Source: an uncultured Gammaproteobacteria bacterium (GTDB lineage Bacteria; Patescibacteriota; Microgenomatia; Daviesbacterales; UBA10151). Taken from it: DNA of 64,000 nt. The DNA lies in contig CAZDEH010000003.1 in NCBI GenBank assembly GCA_964504665.1, forward strand, positions 1,140 through 65,139, written 5' to 3'. A model generated the notes under the pieces. It ran no database searches. It had not been told where the DNA came from and saw only the letters and a program-made list of their open reading frames with translations. Of the stretch, positions 28,502-37,063 are shown piece after piece. The translations under genes were made by a program, and so were the position numbers. The first letter of the stretch is position 1. Every line of letters starts with the position of its first letter.

Positions 28502-30697
28502 ATGCCCAGGCATTATAAAAAACCAGTTAAATCAAGTTCGTGGATACTACCTCTTCTTGCTGTGGCTTTTATTTTGATCAAAATTGGGCAAATACCTCTT
28601 TTTTTATGCAAAGTCATCATATTACTACTGACAATAAAATTACCTAGCAGATTTTTGGCTGGGTTACCAAAAGTCATTAAATTTCAAACTGTTATTTTCC
28701 TTTTTGCTATTTTTATCATTCTCTATTCTTATATTTTGTTAAAACTAGCTGTTCAGCTTCCTTCACCGGAGTTACTATCTGTTACCCCCCGCCCATTAAC
28801 TACGCAGGTTTTTGACAGAAACGGCAAGTTATTATTTCAGTTTTATGAAGGACAAAACCGTCAACCAATTGATATCAATACGCTGCCAAAATATATACTG
28901 CAAGCAACAATCGCCATCGAGGACAAACATTTTTATTCCCATCTTGGTTTTGATGCAGAAGGAATCATCCGTGCTCTGAAAGTCCGTCTAGCCTCGCAAG
29001 GATCAACCTTGCAAGGCGGATCAACAATCACCCAACAATTAATTAAAAATACCTTACTCACCCCTGACAAAACCCTAAAACGAAAAATTAAGGAGGTTAT
29101 TTTAGCTTTTTGGGCTGAAAGATTATACACCAAAGATCAAATTCTCCAGATGTATCTAAACGAGGCACCTTTTGGTGGACCATCCTGGGGAATTGAATCT
29201 GCTGCACAAACGTATTTTAACAAAAGTGCGAAAGATTTAAGTTTGGCCGAAAGCTCATTCCTGGCAGGACTTCCCGCTGCTCCTACAGAATACTCTCCTT
29301 TTGGTATTTATCCGGATAAGGGGAAGACAAGACAAATAGAAGTTCTACGCAGGATGGTAGAAGATGGGTATATCACCAAAGAGCAAATGACCCAAGCTCT
29401 CTCTGAAACTTTATCCTTTAAATCTCAAATTTTAGATATTAGAGCTCCCCACTTTGTAATGTACGTCCGTTCTCTACTGGCTGCTAAATACGGCGAAAAA
29501 GTAGTTTCCCAAGGAGGCTTGAAAGTTATTACCACACTTGATTTGAGTCTCCAGGAAATGGCAGAAAATATAGTTACACAAAATATGATTCCGTTGGCAA
29601 ATTTAAAAGTTGGAAACAGTGCAGCTATGATCACCGATAGTAGAAATGGTCAAATTTTAGTGATGGTGGGATCAAAGGATTATTTCGAAACAAACAGTGG
29701 TAATTATAATGTGGCTTTGGCAACCCGTCAACCAGGCTCATCTATTAAACCTGTAACCTATGCCACAGGATTTATGCAAGGCTTTACTCCAGGTACAACC
29801 CTTCTTGATTCCCATACAACATTCCCTCAAGCTGGGAGTAAACCTTATTCCCCGGTTAATTATGATGGCAGATTTCATGGACCTGTTTCGATAAGAACAG
29901 CTCTTGGATCTTCATATAATGTTCCTGCTGTCAAAATGTTAGCTCTGGTTGGAGTTCCCCAAATGATAAATACAGCTAAAGACTTAGGCATTACCACATT
30001 TAGTGATCCAGATAATTACGGATTATCCCTCACTCTTGGAGGTGGTGGAGTCAGACTAATTGATATGATGACAGTTTACGGCACTTTTGCTGCAAACGGT
30101 ATTAAACATCCCTCGCAAGCAATCTTAAAAATATATGACCCATACGGAAATGTGTTGGAAGACCACAGTAAAGATCAAGGAAAGCGTGTATTGTCGGAAG
30201 AAGTGGCATATCTTATAAATAATATTTTATCTGATAATAACGCCAGAACACCTGCTTTTGGAGTTAACTCACTTCTACAAATTTCTGGACATATAGTAGC
30301 AGTTAAAACAGGTACTTCAGATGATAAACGGGATAACTGGACCTTTGGGTATACTCCGGAGTATACAGTCGGGGTTTGGGTTGGGAATAATGATAACTCA
30401 CCCATGAACCCTATTCTTACTTCAGTCATCACAGGCGCTACTCCTATCTGGCATGATCTGATGACACAGATTTTAGTAGACAAATCAGATTTAGCATTCC
30501 AGAAACCGCCCGGGATAATTAATGCTGTAGTAGATAGCAGACACGATTTGGCAATTGCTGGAGTTCCGCCAAAATCAGTAACCAGGCTCAGTAAAATTCG
30601 AGGGAAGAACGGAACAACTGGCGAAGAAAAAGAAACTACAGCTTTTTCTGATCAATTCTCTAATTTTAAGCCTAATCAAAAAACAGTCATTCAGTAA
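28502..30697 (+). CDS. bifunctional class A penicillin-binding protein (GT51 transglycosylase + transpeptidase), PBP1A-like
   Basis: AIEDKHFYSHLGFD, QGGSTITQQL, RKIKE (GT51 motifs); SSIKP (SxxK), SYN, KTGTSDD (KTG). Contains an in-frame REP-A palindrome at 28989-29017. Confidence 0.85.
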   Translation: MPRHYKKPVKSSSWILPLLAVAFILIKIGQIPLFLCKVIILLLTIKLPSRFLAGLPKVIKFQTVIFLFAIFIILYSYILLKLAVQLPSPELLSVTPRPLTTQVFDRNGKLLFQFYEGQNRQPIDINTLPKYILQATIAIEDKHFYSHLGFDAEGIIRALKVRLASQGSTLQGGSTITQQLIKNTLLTPDKTLKRKIKEVILAFWAERLYTKDQILQMYLNEAPFGGPSWGIESAAQTYFNKSAKDLSLAESSFLAGLPAAPTEYSPFGIYPDKGKTRQIEVLRRMVEDGYITKEQMTQALSETLSFKSQILDIRAPHFVMYVRSLLAAKYGEKVVSQGGLKVITTLDLSLQEMAENIVTQNMIPLANLKVGNSAAMITDSRNGQILVMVGSKDYFETNSGNYNVALATRQPGSSIKPVTYATGFMQGFTPGTTLLDSHTTFPQAGSKPYSPVNYDGRFHGPVSIRTALGSSYNVPAVKMLALVGVPQMINTAKDLGITTFSDPDNYGLSLTLGGGGVRLIDMMTVYGTFAANGIKHPSQAILKIYDPYGNVLEDHSKDQGKRVLSEEVAYLINNILSDNNARTPAFGVNSLLQISGHIVAVKTGTSDDKRDNWTFGYTPEYTVGVWVGNNDNSPMNPILTSVITGATPIWHDLMTQILVDKSDLAFQKPPGIINAVVDSRHDLAIAGVPPKSVTRLSKIRGKNGTTGEEKETTAFSDQFSNFKPNQKTVIQ
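28989..29017. repeat. REP-like family A palindrome in-frame in PBP1A (tagcctcgcaagg-atcaa-ccttgcaaggc, encoding LASQGSTLQG)
   Basis: Seen directly; same codon phase as the other two family A copies. Confidence 0.7.
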
Positions 30698-30777
30698 ACA
30701 TTTACTTTTAGCCTCGTAATATTATGATATAGAAAATCTATCTTGTTATCAACAAACACCTGTAATATTATAATTAA

Positions 30778-31098
30778 ATGAATAATGACGATTTAAATAA
30801 AATCCGTGGACTTATACAAGAAGAATTAGAACCAGTTAAAAAGATACTTACCCAGCATACTTAGGTTTTAGATAAACATACCAACACACTTACTACACTT
30901 TGGGAACAAACTACTAAATTAACAGAAGATTTGGGTGAAGTACAAGAAACTTTAAATCATCATACTAATTCTCTAAAAAGAATTGAAGAAAAAGTGGAAG
31001 CAAGTAATGATAATATATTCAGGCTTGATAAAAGAGTAACTGCAACTGAAACTCAGCTCGGGATTGTCCCTCCAGTGGAATTTGCTGTGATTAAATAA
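30778..31098 (+). pseudogene. coiled-coil small ORF interrupted by one in-frame TAG (30862-30864)
   Basis: A continuous single frame of 106 codons except for the amber codon; the heptad-rich product resembles other small coiled-coil proteins here. Confidence 0.35.
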
Positions 31099-31167
31099 TA
31101 TCACTTTGTAACTCTATGCTTACTTTTTTTCCAACACCACCCATCCTCTTTGGTCTATTTTTTTGAA

Positions 31168-31189
31168 CCTCCAAGGAGAGTCCTTGGAG
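31168..31189. repeat. REP-like family B palindrome (cctccaagg-agagt-ccttggag) 40 nt upstream of the RAYT-like gene start
   Basis: Perfect 9-bp arms seen directly. Confidence 0.7.
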
Positions 31190-31227
31190 TCTTGACAAAA
31201 ACATTACTATATGTAATAAATGTATCT

Positions 31228-31914
31228 ATGCCTGCAAGAAACGCCATAAAACAATATCAGGAAAATGGATATTATCATCTTTATAATAGAGGTGTGGAAA
31301 AGAGGATTATCTTTCTGGACTCCCAGGATTATGGTGTATTCCTCTCTTATCTGAAAGAGTATCTTCTTCCTAAAGATGATGTTGGTTTGAGTAAACAACT
31401 CTCAAATTCCAATATTACTCCTAGAGAAAAGGATAAGATTCTTAAAGCTCTTAGATTAAATAATTTTTTTGGCGAAATAACCTTATTCACCTACTGCCTA
31501 ATGCCTAATCATTTTCACCTATTGATTAGACAAAAAAGTGCTGGTTCAATTAATAAATTTATGAGATCAATCGGAACAAGATACACCATGTATTTTAATA
31601 AAAAATATAAAAGGGTTGGAGCTCTCTGCCAGGCAGTGTACAAAGCAGTACTCATAGAAAATAACAACCAACTATTACACCTTAGCAGATATATTCATAA
31701 ACAATCCTTAGCTTCGCAAGGAGAGTCCTTGGAGGCACAACCATGCTCATATTTTGATTATCTTGGTAAAAGAAAAACTGAATGGGTAAAACCAGAAGAA
31801 ATTTTAGCCTATTTTTCTTCCACAAATCCCTTCCTCTCCTACCAAGCTTTTGTAGAAGAGAAAGATGATGAACTAATTCCCCACAAACTCCTTTTAGAAG
31901 AAGGCTGGCCATAA
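31228..31914 (+). CDS. HUH/Y1 transposase family protein (IS200/IS605 TnpA-like, REP-associated tyrosine transposase-like), paralog 1
   Basis: GYYHLYNRGVEKR (YHV.NRG-like), HUH motif MPNHFHLL, Tyr region RYIHKQ; ATG at 31228 lies downstream of the REP; paralog of 36343-37017. Confidence 0.65.
   Translation: MPARNAIKQYQENGYYHLYNRGVEKRIIFLDSQDYGVFLSYLKEYLLPKDDVGLSKQLSNSNITPREKDKILKALRLNNFFGEITLFTYCLMPNHFHLLIRQKSAGSINKFMRSIGTRYTMYFNKKYKRVGALCQAVYKAVLIENNNQLLHLSRYIHKQSLASQGESLEAQPCSYFDYLGKRKTEWVKPEEILAYFSSTNPFLSYQAFVEEKDDELIPHKLLLEEGWP
31707..31732. repeat. REP-like A/B hybrid palindrome (gcttcgcaagg-agagt-ccttggaggc) inside the RAYT-like CDS, encoding LASQGESLEA
   Basis: Seen directly; the left arm is family-A-like and the right arm family-B-like. 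Confidence 0.6.
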
Positions 31915-31959
31915 AAAATCACGCTTGACAGTAAGAGATAGATTTTATAGCATTGTTTA

Positions 31960-32241
31960 ATGAATGAATCTTTGAGGGATGTTAGCGGGGCTATAATATC
32001 AGAAACCCCTCTTGAAGGATCAAAAGTGATTCAATTACCACCCCAAAATGCTGATGAAGTCCGACGAAGATTGGGCTTAGATCAAGTATCCCCTCTCCAC
32101 CATCCACGTAATTTTGGAGCTATCGCCGCAACTCATAATGACTATGAAGGAACAATGGGAAGAACATCTCCAGGAATAGCTTTGAAATTAAATCGACACA
32201 ATAAGAATCGATTTGGACAAGTTAAAAAAGTCTCTGTTTAA
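31960..32241 (+). CDS. hypothetical small protein
   Basis: ORF only. Confidence 0.3.
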   Translation: MNESLRDVSGAIISETPLEGSKVIQLPPQNADEVRRRLGLDQVSPLHHPRNFGAIAATHNDYEGTMGRTSPGIALKLNRHNKNRFGQVKKVSV

Positions 32242-32645
32242 TTTATTACCATCCAACCCCTTTGGTCTGATTTTTTAATCTTAATTGGGGATGTAATAAA
32301 CCTCTCTGAATCACCAATAAAGATTAAAGTCCCATATTTAGATTGTTTTTTATTTATATGATATTTATTGTCTTCTTCTATTTGTCCTATCCCAATCTGA
32401 TTACCATACTTCATAAAAATATCATCAATATCTTGTTCAGTTAGGCCGTCAAAAGAGAACACTTTTTTTACTCTAAATTGACCGATTACCTCTTCCCCTG
32501 GTGGCTTCATATAAATCAAATCTTCCTTGGAAATAACACCAAAAGGGGCAATTTTATGCAGAGAAAAACGGGTTTCAATGGTTTTTTTACCATTAAGTAT
32601 TGCTTCTATAGTAGCCTTATTCATTATTGCTAAGTGCTTTTTCAT
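32238..32645 (-). CDS. ASCH (PUA-like) domain protein
   Basis: MNKATIEAILNGKKTIETRF... typical ASCH N-terminal signature. Confidence 0.6.
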   Translation of the reverse strand: MKKHLAIMNKATIEAILNGKKTIETRFSLHKIAPFGVISKEDLIYMKPPGEEVIGQFRVKKVFSFDGLTEQDIDDIFMKYGNQIGIGQIEEDNKYHINKKQSKYGTLIFIGDSERFITSPIKIKKSDQRGWMVIN

Positions 32646-32721
32646 AGTATGATCTTAACCTACTCCGAATATACTCTTAAAGTCATGGAACTTCAAGCCA
32701 GGTTATGTTAAACTTAAGGTT

Positions 32722-32910
32722 ATGAATAAAGCACTTGATTTTATTAGTGAGGTTAGGGTAGAATTACAAAAAGTCGTTTGGCCTACACCAAATGCTACAC
32801 TACGGCTTACAGTAATTGTTATTTTAGTAACTCTTACCGTAGGCTTTTTTGTTGGAGGAGTAGATTTTGTGCTAACAAAAGCACTTGAACTTTTGTTAAA
32901 TAAAAAATAA
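32722..32910 (+). CDS. secE: preprotein translocase subunit SecE
   Basis: 62-aa single-TM protein; ...VRVELQKVVWPT...; immediately upstream of nusG-rplK-rplA. Confidence 0.75.
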   Translation: MNKALDFISEVRVELQKVVWPTPNATLRLTVIVILVTLTVGFFVGGVDFVLTKALELLLNKK

Positions 32911-32912
32911 AT

Positions 32913-33737
32913 ATGAATGAAGATCAAACTATAAAACAGGATGACCCACAAACAACCCCAATTGATGAGGCAAATCCAGTTGTGGAAGAACCAGAAGCAA
33001 CTGAAGCAAAACCCGACGAAATAGATACTGCGGGTGACGCAGAGGAGAGATCTCAGGCGTCGACCGCAAGTGAGCCTGCGAACGAGGAGGCACCTGAAAT
33101 ACCACCAGCAAAGGACCCGCAGACAGAAGAACCAGCAGAAACAACAGAAGAAGGAACTGAAGAATCTGATGTCGCCGACGAGCCGGCTCCCCAACCTGAA
33201 CCTGATATCCCTGGTTCCCATTGGTATGTAGTCCATACTTATTCTGGACAAGAAAACAGAGTGGCAGCAGCTTTAAAGCAAAGAGTTGAATCAGAACATT
33301 TGGAAAATCAAATCTTGGATATACTAGTTCCTACCCAGGAGAAAATTGAAATCAGGGGTGGAAAAAAAGAAAATGTGAAAGAAAAAATATTTCCTGGTTA
33401 TATTTTAGTCAGAATGGTTTTGGATGATATTTCCTGGCTGGCAGTTCGGACCACACAAGGAGTCACATCATTTGTAGGAATGAGCAATAAACCAACCGCC
33501 ATCCCTGATTCCGAGGTCAAATCAATCGTTTCTTATTTGTCTCAAGGAGCTCAACCTACTTATAAAACAACTTTCTCGGAAAATGATACTGTCAAAATCA
33601 TTGACGGACCGTTTGCTGAATTTATCGGCAAAGTGGAATCTGTTGATAAAGAAAGAGGTAAAATTAAAGTCCTGGTTTCTATCTTTGGCAGAGAAACACC
33701 AGTGGAGCTAGACTTTCTTCAAGTTGCGAAATTATAA
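32913..33737 (+). CDS. nusG: transcription termination/antitermination factor NusG with a ~100-aa acidic low-complexity N-terminal extension
   Basis: NGN domain HWYVVHTYSGQENRV; KOW motif DTVKIIDGPFAEFIGKV; conserved secE-nusG-rplK order. Confidence 0.85.
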   Translation: MNEDQTIKQDDPQTTPIDEANPVVEEPEATEAKPDEIDTAGDAEERSQASTASEPANEEAPEIPPAKDPQTEEPAETTEEGTEESDVADEPAPQPEPDIPGSHWYVVHTYSGQENRVAAALKQRVESEHLENQILDILVPTQEKIEIRGGKKENVKEKIFPGYILVRMVLDDISWLAVRTTQGVTSFVGMSNKPTAIPDSEVKSIVSYLSQGAQPTYKTTFSENDTVKIIDGPFAEFIGKVESVDKERGKIKVLVSIFGRETPVELDFLQVAKL

Positions 33738-33746
33738 CCCAAAACT

Positions 33747-34172
33747 ATGGCAAAGAAGATTAAGACCTATATTAAATTAAATGTTCCAGCAGGATCAGCT
33801 ACAGCTGCCCCTCCTGTGGGACCTGCTTTAGGTCAACACGGTCTTCCTATCATGGAATTTGTCAAGGCTTTTAACGAGAGGACAGCCGATAAAAAAGGCA
33901 ATATTTTACCTGTAGTTATTACAGTTTATATTGATAGAACTTTTTCTTTTATTACCAAAGAACCACCGGTAGCAGAAATGATTAAGAAATCTTTAAATAT
34001 CGAAAAAGGTTCAGGTAAAGCCGGTAAAGAGTCTGCTGGAACTTTAAGCCAGGATCAAATTAGAAAAATTGCCGAAGCTAAACTACCTGATTTTAATACC
34101 AAGCAGGTGGAATCTGCTATGAAAATGGTTGAGGGAGTTGCCAAATCAATGGGAGTAAAAATCCAAAAATAA
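33747..34172 (+). CDS. rplK: ribosomal protein L11
   Basis: KLNVPAGSATAAPPVGPALGQHGLPIMEFVKAFN. Confidence 0.9.
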   Translation: MAKKIKTYIKLNVPAGSATAAPPVGPALGQHGLPIMEFVKAFNERTADKKGNILPVVITVYIDRTFSFITKEPPVAEMIKKSLNIEKGSGKAGKESAGTLSQDQIRKIAEAKLPDFNTKQVESAMKMVEGVAKSMGVKIQK

Positions 34173-34173
34173 T

Positions 34174-34965
34174 ATGGGTAAAACTAAAATAAAAAAAATT
34201 GAGGAAATTGAAGAAGTAAAAACAAATACCATACCAGAAATGAGTGAGGATGCACGGCGGGAAACCGAGCTGGCAGGACCCCAAACCAAGGACGAAAAGA
34301 AAAGTAAGAAACCAAAAAAAGGTCAGCCTAAAATCCGTTCTAAAAAATATCAGGAAGTTTTAGAAAAAATAGATAAAAACCAAAAATTAGCAGCAAACTT
34401 AGCTGTAGAAGCCACCCAAAAAGGTTCCTATTCTAAATTTGAAGGAACAATAGAGGCTCATATTAATACTAATGCTAAAAATCTACGCGGTTTAGTTAAT
34501 TTGCCTTTTGCCCAAGGTAAGAAATTAAGGATTTTAGCTTTTGGAACTAATGCAGATAAATCCGGTGCTGACATTATTGGATCAGAAGAGGCAATTGGAG
34601 AAATTGAAAAAGGCAAAATTAATTTTGATATTGTAGTTACAACCCCAGAGTGGATGCCCAAATTAGCTAAAATTGCTAAAATCCTGGGACCCAAAAGTTT
34701 AATGCCTAACCCCAAAAATGGAACTATCACAGAAAATTTAGAAAAAGCTGTCACAGAGCTTCAAGCCGGTAAAACCGAATATAAAACCGAAAACAATGGG
34801 CAGGTAATTCATCTATCCGTTGGAAAGTCTAATCAAAACCCGGAAGAAATAGTAGCAAATCTTAAAGTGATTTATAATACTGTGGGCAGATCAAAAATCA
34901 AAAAGATCTTTCTTTCCCCCACCATGGGCCCATCTGTGAAAGTAGATTTATCAACTCTAAATTAA
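34174..34965 (+). CDS. rplA: ribosomal protein L1 with a Lys-rich N-terminal extension
   Basis: FEGTIEAHINTNAKNLRGLVNLPFAQGKK...; 1-nt spacing from rplK. Confidence 0.85.
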   Translation: MGKTKIKKIEEIEEVKTNTIPEMSEDARRETELAGPQTKDEKKSKKPKKGQPKIRSKKYQEVLEKIDKNQKLAANLAVEATQKGSYSKFEGTIEAHINTNAKNLRGLVNLPFAQGKKLRILAFGTNADKSGADIIGSEEAIGEIEKGKINFDIVVTTPEWMPKLAKIAKILGPKSLMPNPKNGTITENLEKAVTELQAGKTEYKTENNGQVIHLSVGKSNQNPEEIVANLKVIYNTVGRSKIKKIFLSPTMGPSVKVDLSTLN

Positions 34966-34970
34966 TTTTT

Positions 34971-35237
34971 ATGAAAGAAGATTTTTTGAGAACTACTGAA
35001 AATGTTTTAAAAGAAGGACCTCCATTAGAATGGTACTATGGATTTGGAAGAAAAGATGCTGGAATTACACATATAGATTATTCAGATATCTTTAGACAAT
35101 CTTTTAATGGAAGATTAGATCGCTATTTTGGGCAGTGGTCTCATATTGGTGTCATGCCAAGGGTTTTTGGAATTCCTGAAGGAGAAGAAGATCAATATGA
35201 ACAGTTAATTATGCAACTGCATGTACAAGATCTATAA
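34971..35237 (+). CDS. hypothetical small protein
   Basis: ORF only. Confidence 0.3.
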   Translation: MKEDFLRTTENVLKEGPPLEWYYGFGRKDAGITHIDYSDIFRQSFNGRLDRYFGQWSHIGVMPRVFGIPEGEEDQYEQLIMQLHVQDL

Positions 35238-35270
35238 GATATCTGGATTTTGGCCTGAAGAAATCGTACA

Positions 35271-36185
35271 TTCTAGGTGGAAGTGCACCACTTGCTTAGG
35301 ATAATACCTCCATCATTTTCTCATATGGTGTCAAGTATCCCAGACATTTTCTGGGAGTTGAATTTAATCTGTACTCCAACTCCTTGATCTGATCCTCTGT
35401 TAAATTATCCAGACTCAACCTTTTAGGAATGAATCTTCTTATCCTGCCATTAGTATTTTCAACTGTCCCTTTCTCCCAGGAATGGTAGGCATGACAGAAA
35501 AACATAGATAATTTAAGTTTACTGGCAATCTCCTGATGGTTGGTATTTTCTGCTCCATTGTCAGCTGTTAAAGTTACTCTGGGAAAAGTAGCCAATCTTT
35601 CAATTAAGCTTTCTGTTTTAGACTCAGCAGATCTACTGGTAAGAGATAATATCGTCAGTCTTGTTAACCTTTCAACTGTCACAGACAAGGCAGTTTTATC
35701 TGTCTGTTTACCAATAACATTATCTGTTTCCCAGTCTCCAACCCTGGATCTTAAGCTGACTGTCTCAGGTCTTAAATCAATACTGACTGCAAAGGGTATT
35801 TTTGAGGCTCTTTGAACCCTTCTACCCATCTTTTTCATCCTCTTTTTCCTGGCATGAGGTAGTAGTTTCCAAAGATTATATCTTTTTGATTTCTTTGAAT
35901 AAATGTACTGGTAAATTGCCTCAGTACAAATACTTTCACCAGGATGTATCTTTGGTAATCTTCCACTAATTTCCTCCGGAGTCTAGCTAAATGGAGCTCT
36001 TAAATGTTCCCTGACAAAACTTGAATGGGATCTGCCTAATCTTTTAGCAATATCCCGAAGAGATAATCCAGCCTCTTTAAAAGCTACTAATTTTTCTCTT
36101 TCTTCCAAACTTAGATGTTTATATTTATTCATTAAGTGCACCTCCTTCCCCAGGTATGAATTTTACTCTAGGTGGTGCACTTCGT
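35271..36185. mobile_element. degenerate IS30-family insertion sequence (~0.9 kb)
   Basis: DDE transposase with IS30 hallmarks; imperfect terminal inverted repeats sharing the core GAAGTGCACCAC (35280-35291 and, as reverse complement, 36172-36183); direct tctaggtgg at both ends. Confidence 0.6.
35296..36132 (-). pseudogene. IS30-family transposase, disrupted by an in-frame TAG (35983-35985) and missing ~50 aa between the HTH and DDE regions
   Basis: N-terminal HTH (LSLEEREKLVAFKEAGLSLRDIAKRLGRSHSSFVRE), then TAG, then TPEEISGRLPKIHPGESICTEAIYQYIY, GDWETD, TADNGAE, HSWEKGTVENTNGRIRRFIPK. Confidence 0.65.
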
Positions 36186-36284
36186 TTTAGAATCTATGAA
36201 TAGTAGGAAAAAAGATGCTCTTTTAATAATTTATGAAGGACTAGAATCTGCTCCATTTCAAGTCTTATTAATAAATTGATTTGT

Positions 36285-36309
36285 GCCTCCAAGGGGACGC
36301 CTTGGAGGT
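36285..36309. repeat. REP-like family B palindrome (gcctccaagg-ggacg-ccttggaggt), 5' flank of the RAYT-like gene
   Basis: Seen directly; an identical 23-nt copy at 37039-37061. Confidence 0.75.
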
Positions 36310-36342
36310 TGACATTTCTCACAGTCATGCTATTTTATATAT

Positions 36343-37017
36343 ATGCCCAGCAAAAATTCCATCAAACAGTATACAGAAAATAGCTATTATCATATCTATA
36401 ATCGAGGAGTTGAGAAAAGAAAAATTTTTCTTGATGAACAAGATTATGGAGTATTCCTCTCCTATCTTAAAGAATACCTTTTATCAAAAGATGAAAAAGA
36501 CTTATTAAATCAACTTTCTATTCCAACTATCTCTGCTCAAGAAAGGGACCGGGTACTTAAAAAACTTAGACTGAACAATTTTGCTGATGAAATAACTTTG
36601 TTAGCTTATTGTTTGATGCCGAATCATTTTCACTTCTTTATTAAGCAAAAAAACGAAAAGTCCATTGATAAGTTTATGAATTCCCTCTTAACTAGATATA
36701 CTATGTATTTTAATAAAAAATATAAACGAGTTGGGGCTTTATATCAGGATGTTTATAAAGCAGTTACGGTTGACCGCGAAGATCAATTTCTTTATCTTAC
36801 TAAATATATTCATAAACAGGCTTTAAAAACCCACAAAAGACAACCGTCTTCCCTACCTGATTATCTTGGAAACAGAAAAACTGAATGGGTTCACCCCGAA
36901 GAAATATTAGCTTATTTTTCCAAAACCAAACCCTCTCTTAGTTATAAAGATTTCCTTGATCTAGAAGAATCTGAAGATCTATTAACTATCCAAGACTTAA
37001 TGATTGATATCAAATAA
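36343..37017 (+). CDS. HUH/Y1 transposase family protein (RAYT/IS200-like), paralog 2
   Basis: SYYHIYNRGVEKR, MPNHFHFF (HUH), KYIHKQ; flanked by identical palindromes. Confidence 0.65.
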   Translation: MPSKNSIKQYTENSYYHIYNRGVEKRKIFLDEQDYGVFLSYLKEYLLSKDEKDLLNQLSIPTISAQERDRVLKKLRLNNFADEITLLAYCLMPNHFHFFIKQKNEKSIDKFMNSLLTRYTMYFNKKYKRVGALYQDVYKAVTVDREDQFLYLTKYIHKQALKTHKRQPSSLPDYLGNRKTEWVHPEEILAYFSKTKPSLSYKDFLDLEESEDLLTIQDLMIDIK

Positions 37018-37038
37018 CTCTCCACTCTCCCTCTTCAT

Positions 37039-37061
37039 GCCTCCAAGGGGACGCCTTGGAG
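37039..37061. repeat. REP-like family B palindrome (gcctccaagg-ggacg-ccttggag), 3' flank of the RAYT-like gene
   Basis: Identical to 36285-36307. Confidence 0.75.
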
Positions 37062-37063
37062 AT

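Noticed and set aside
30862-30864. Stop-codon reassignment of TAG (or an alternative code) explaining the amber-interrupted genes
   Set aside because: rplJ and other ORFs end with TAG, and TGA/TAA terminate def, fmt, mreB etc. The standard code fits all conserved genes.
32703-33251. 182-aa minus-strand ORF (plus 32929-33144 and 33034-33231) overlapping secE/nusG
   Set aside because: Antisense to well-supported secE and the acidic NusG extension; arises from low-complexity GC-enriched coding on the opposite strand.
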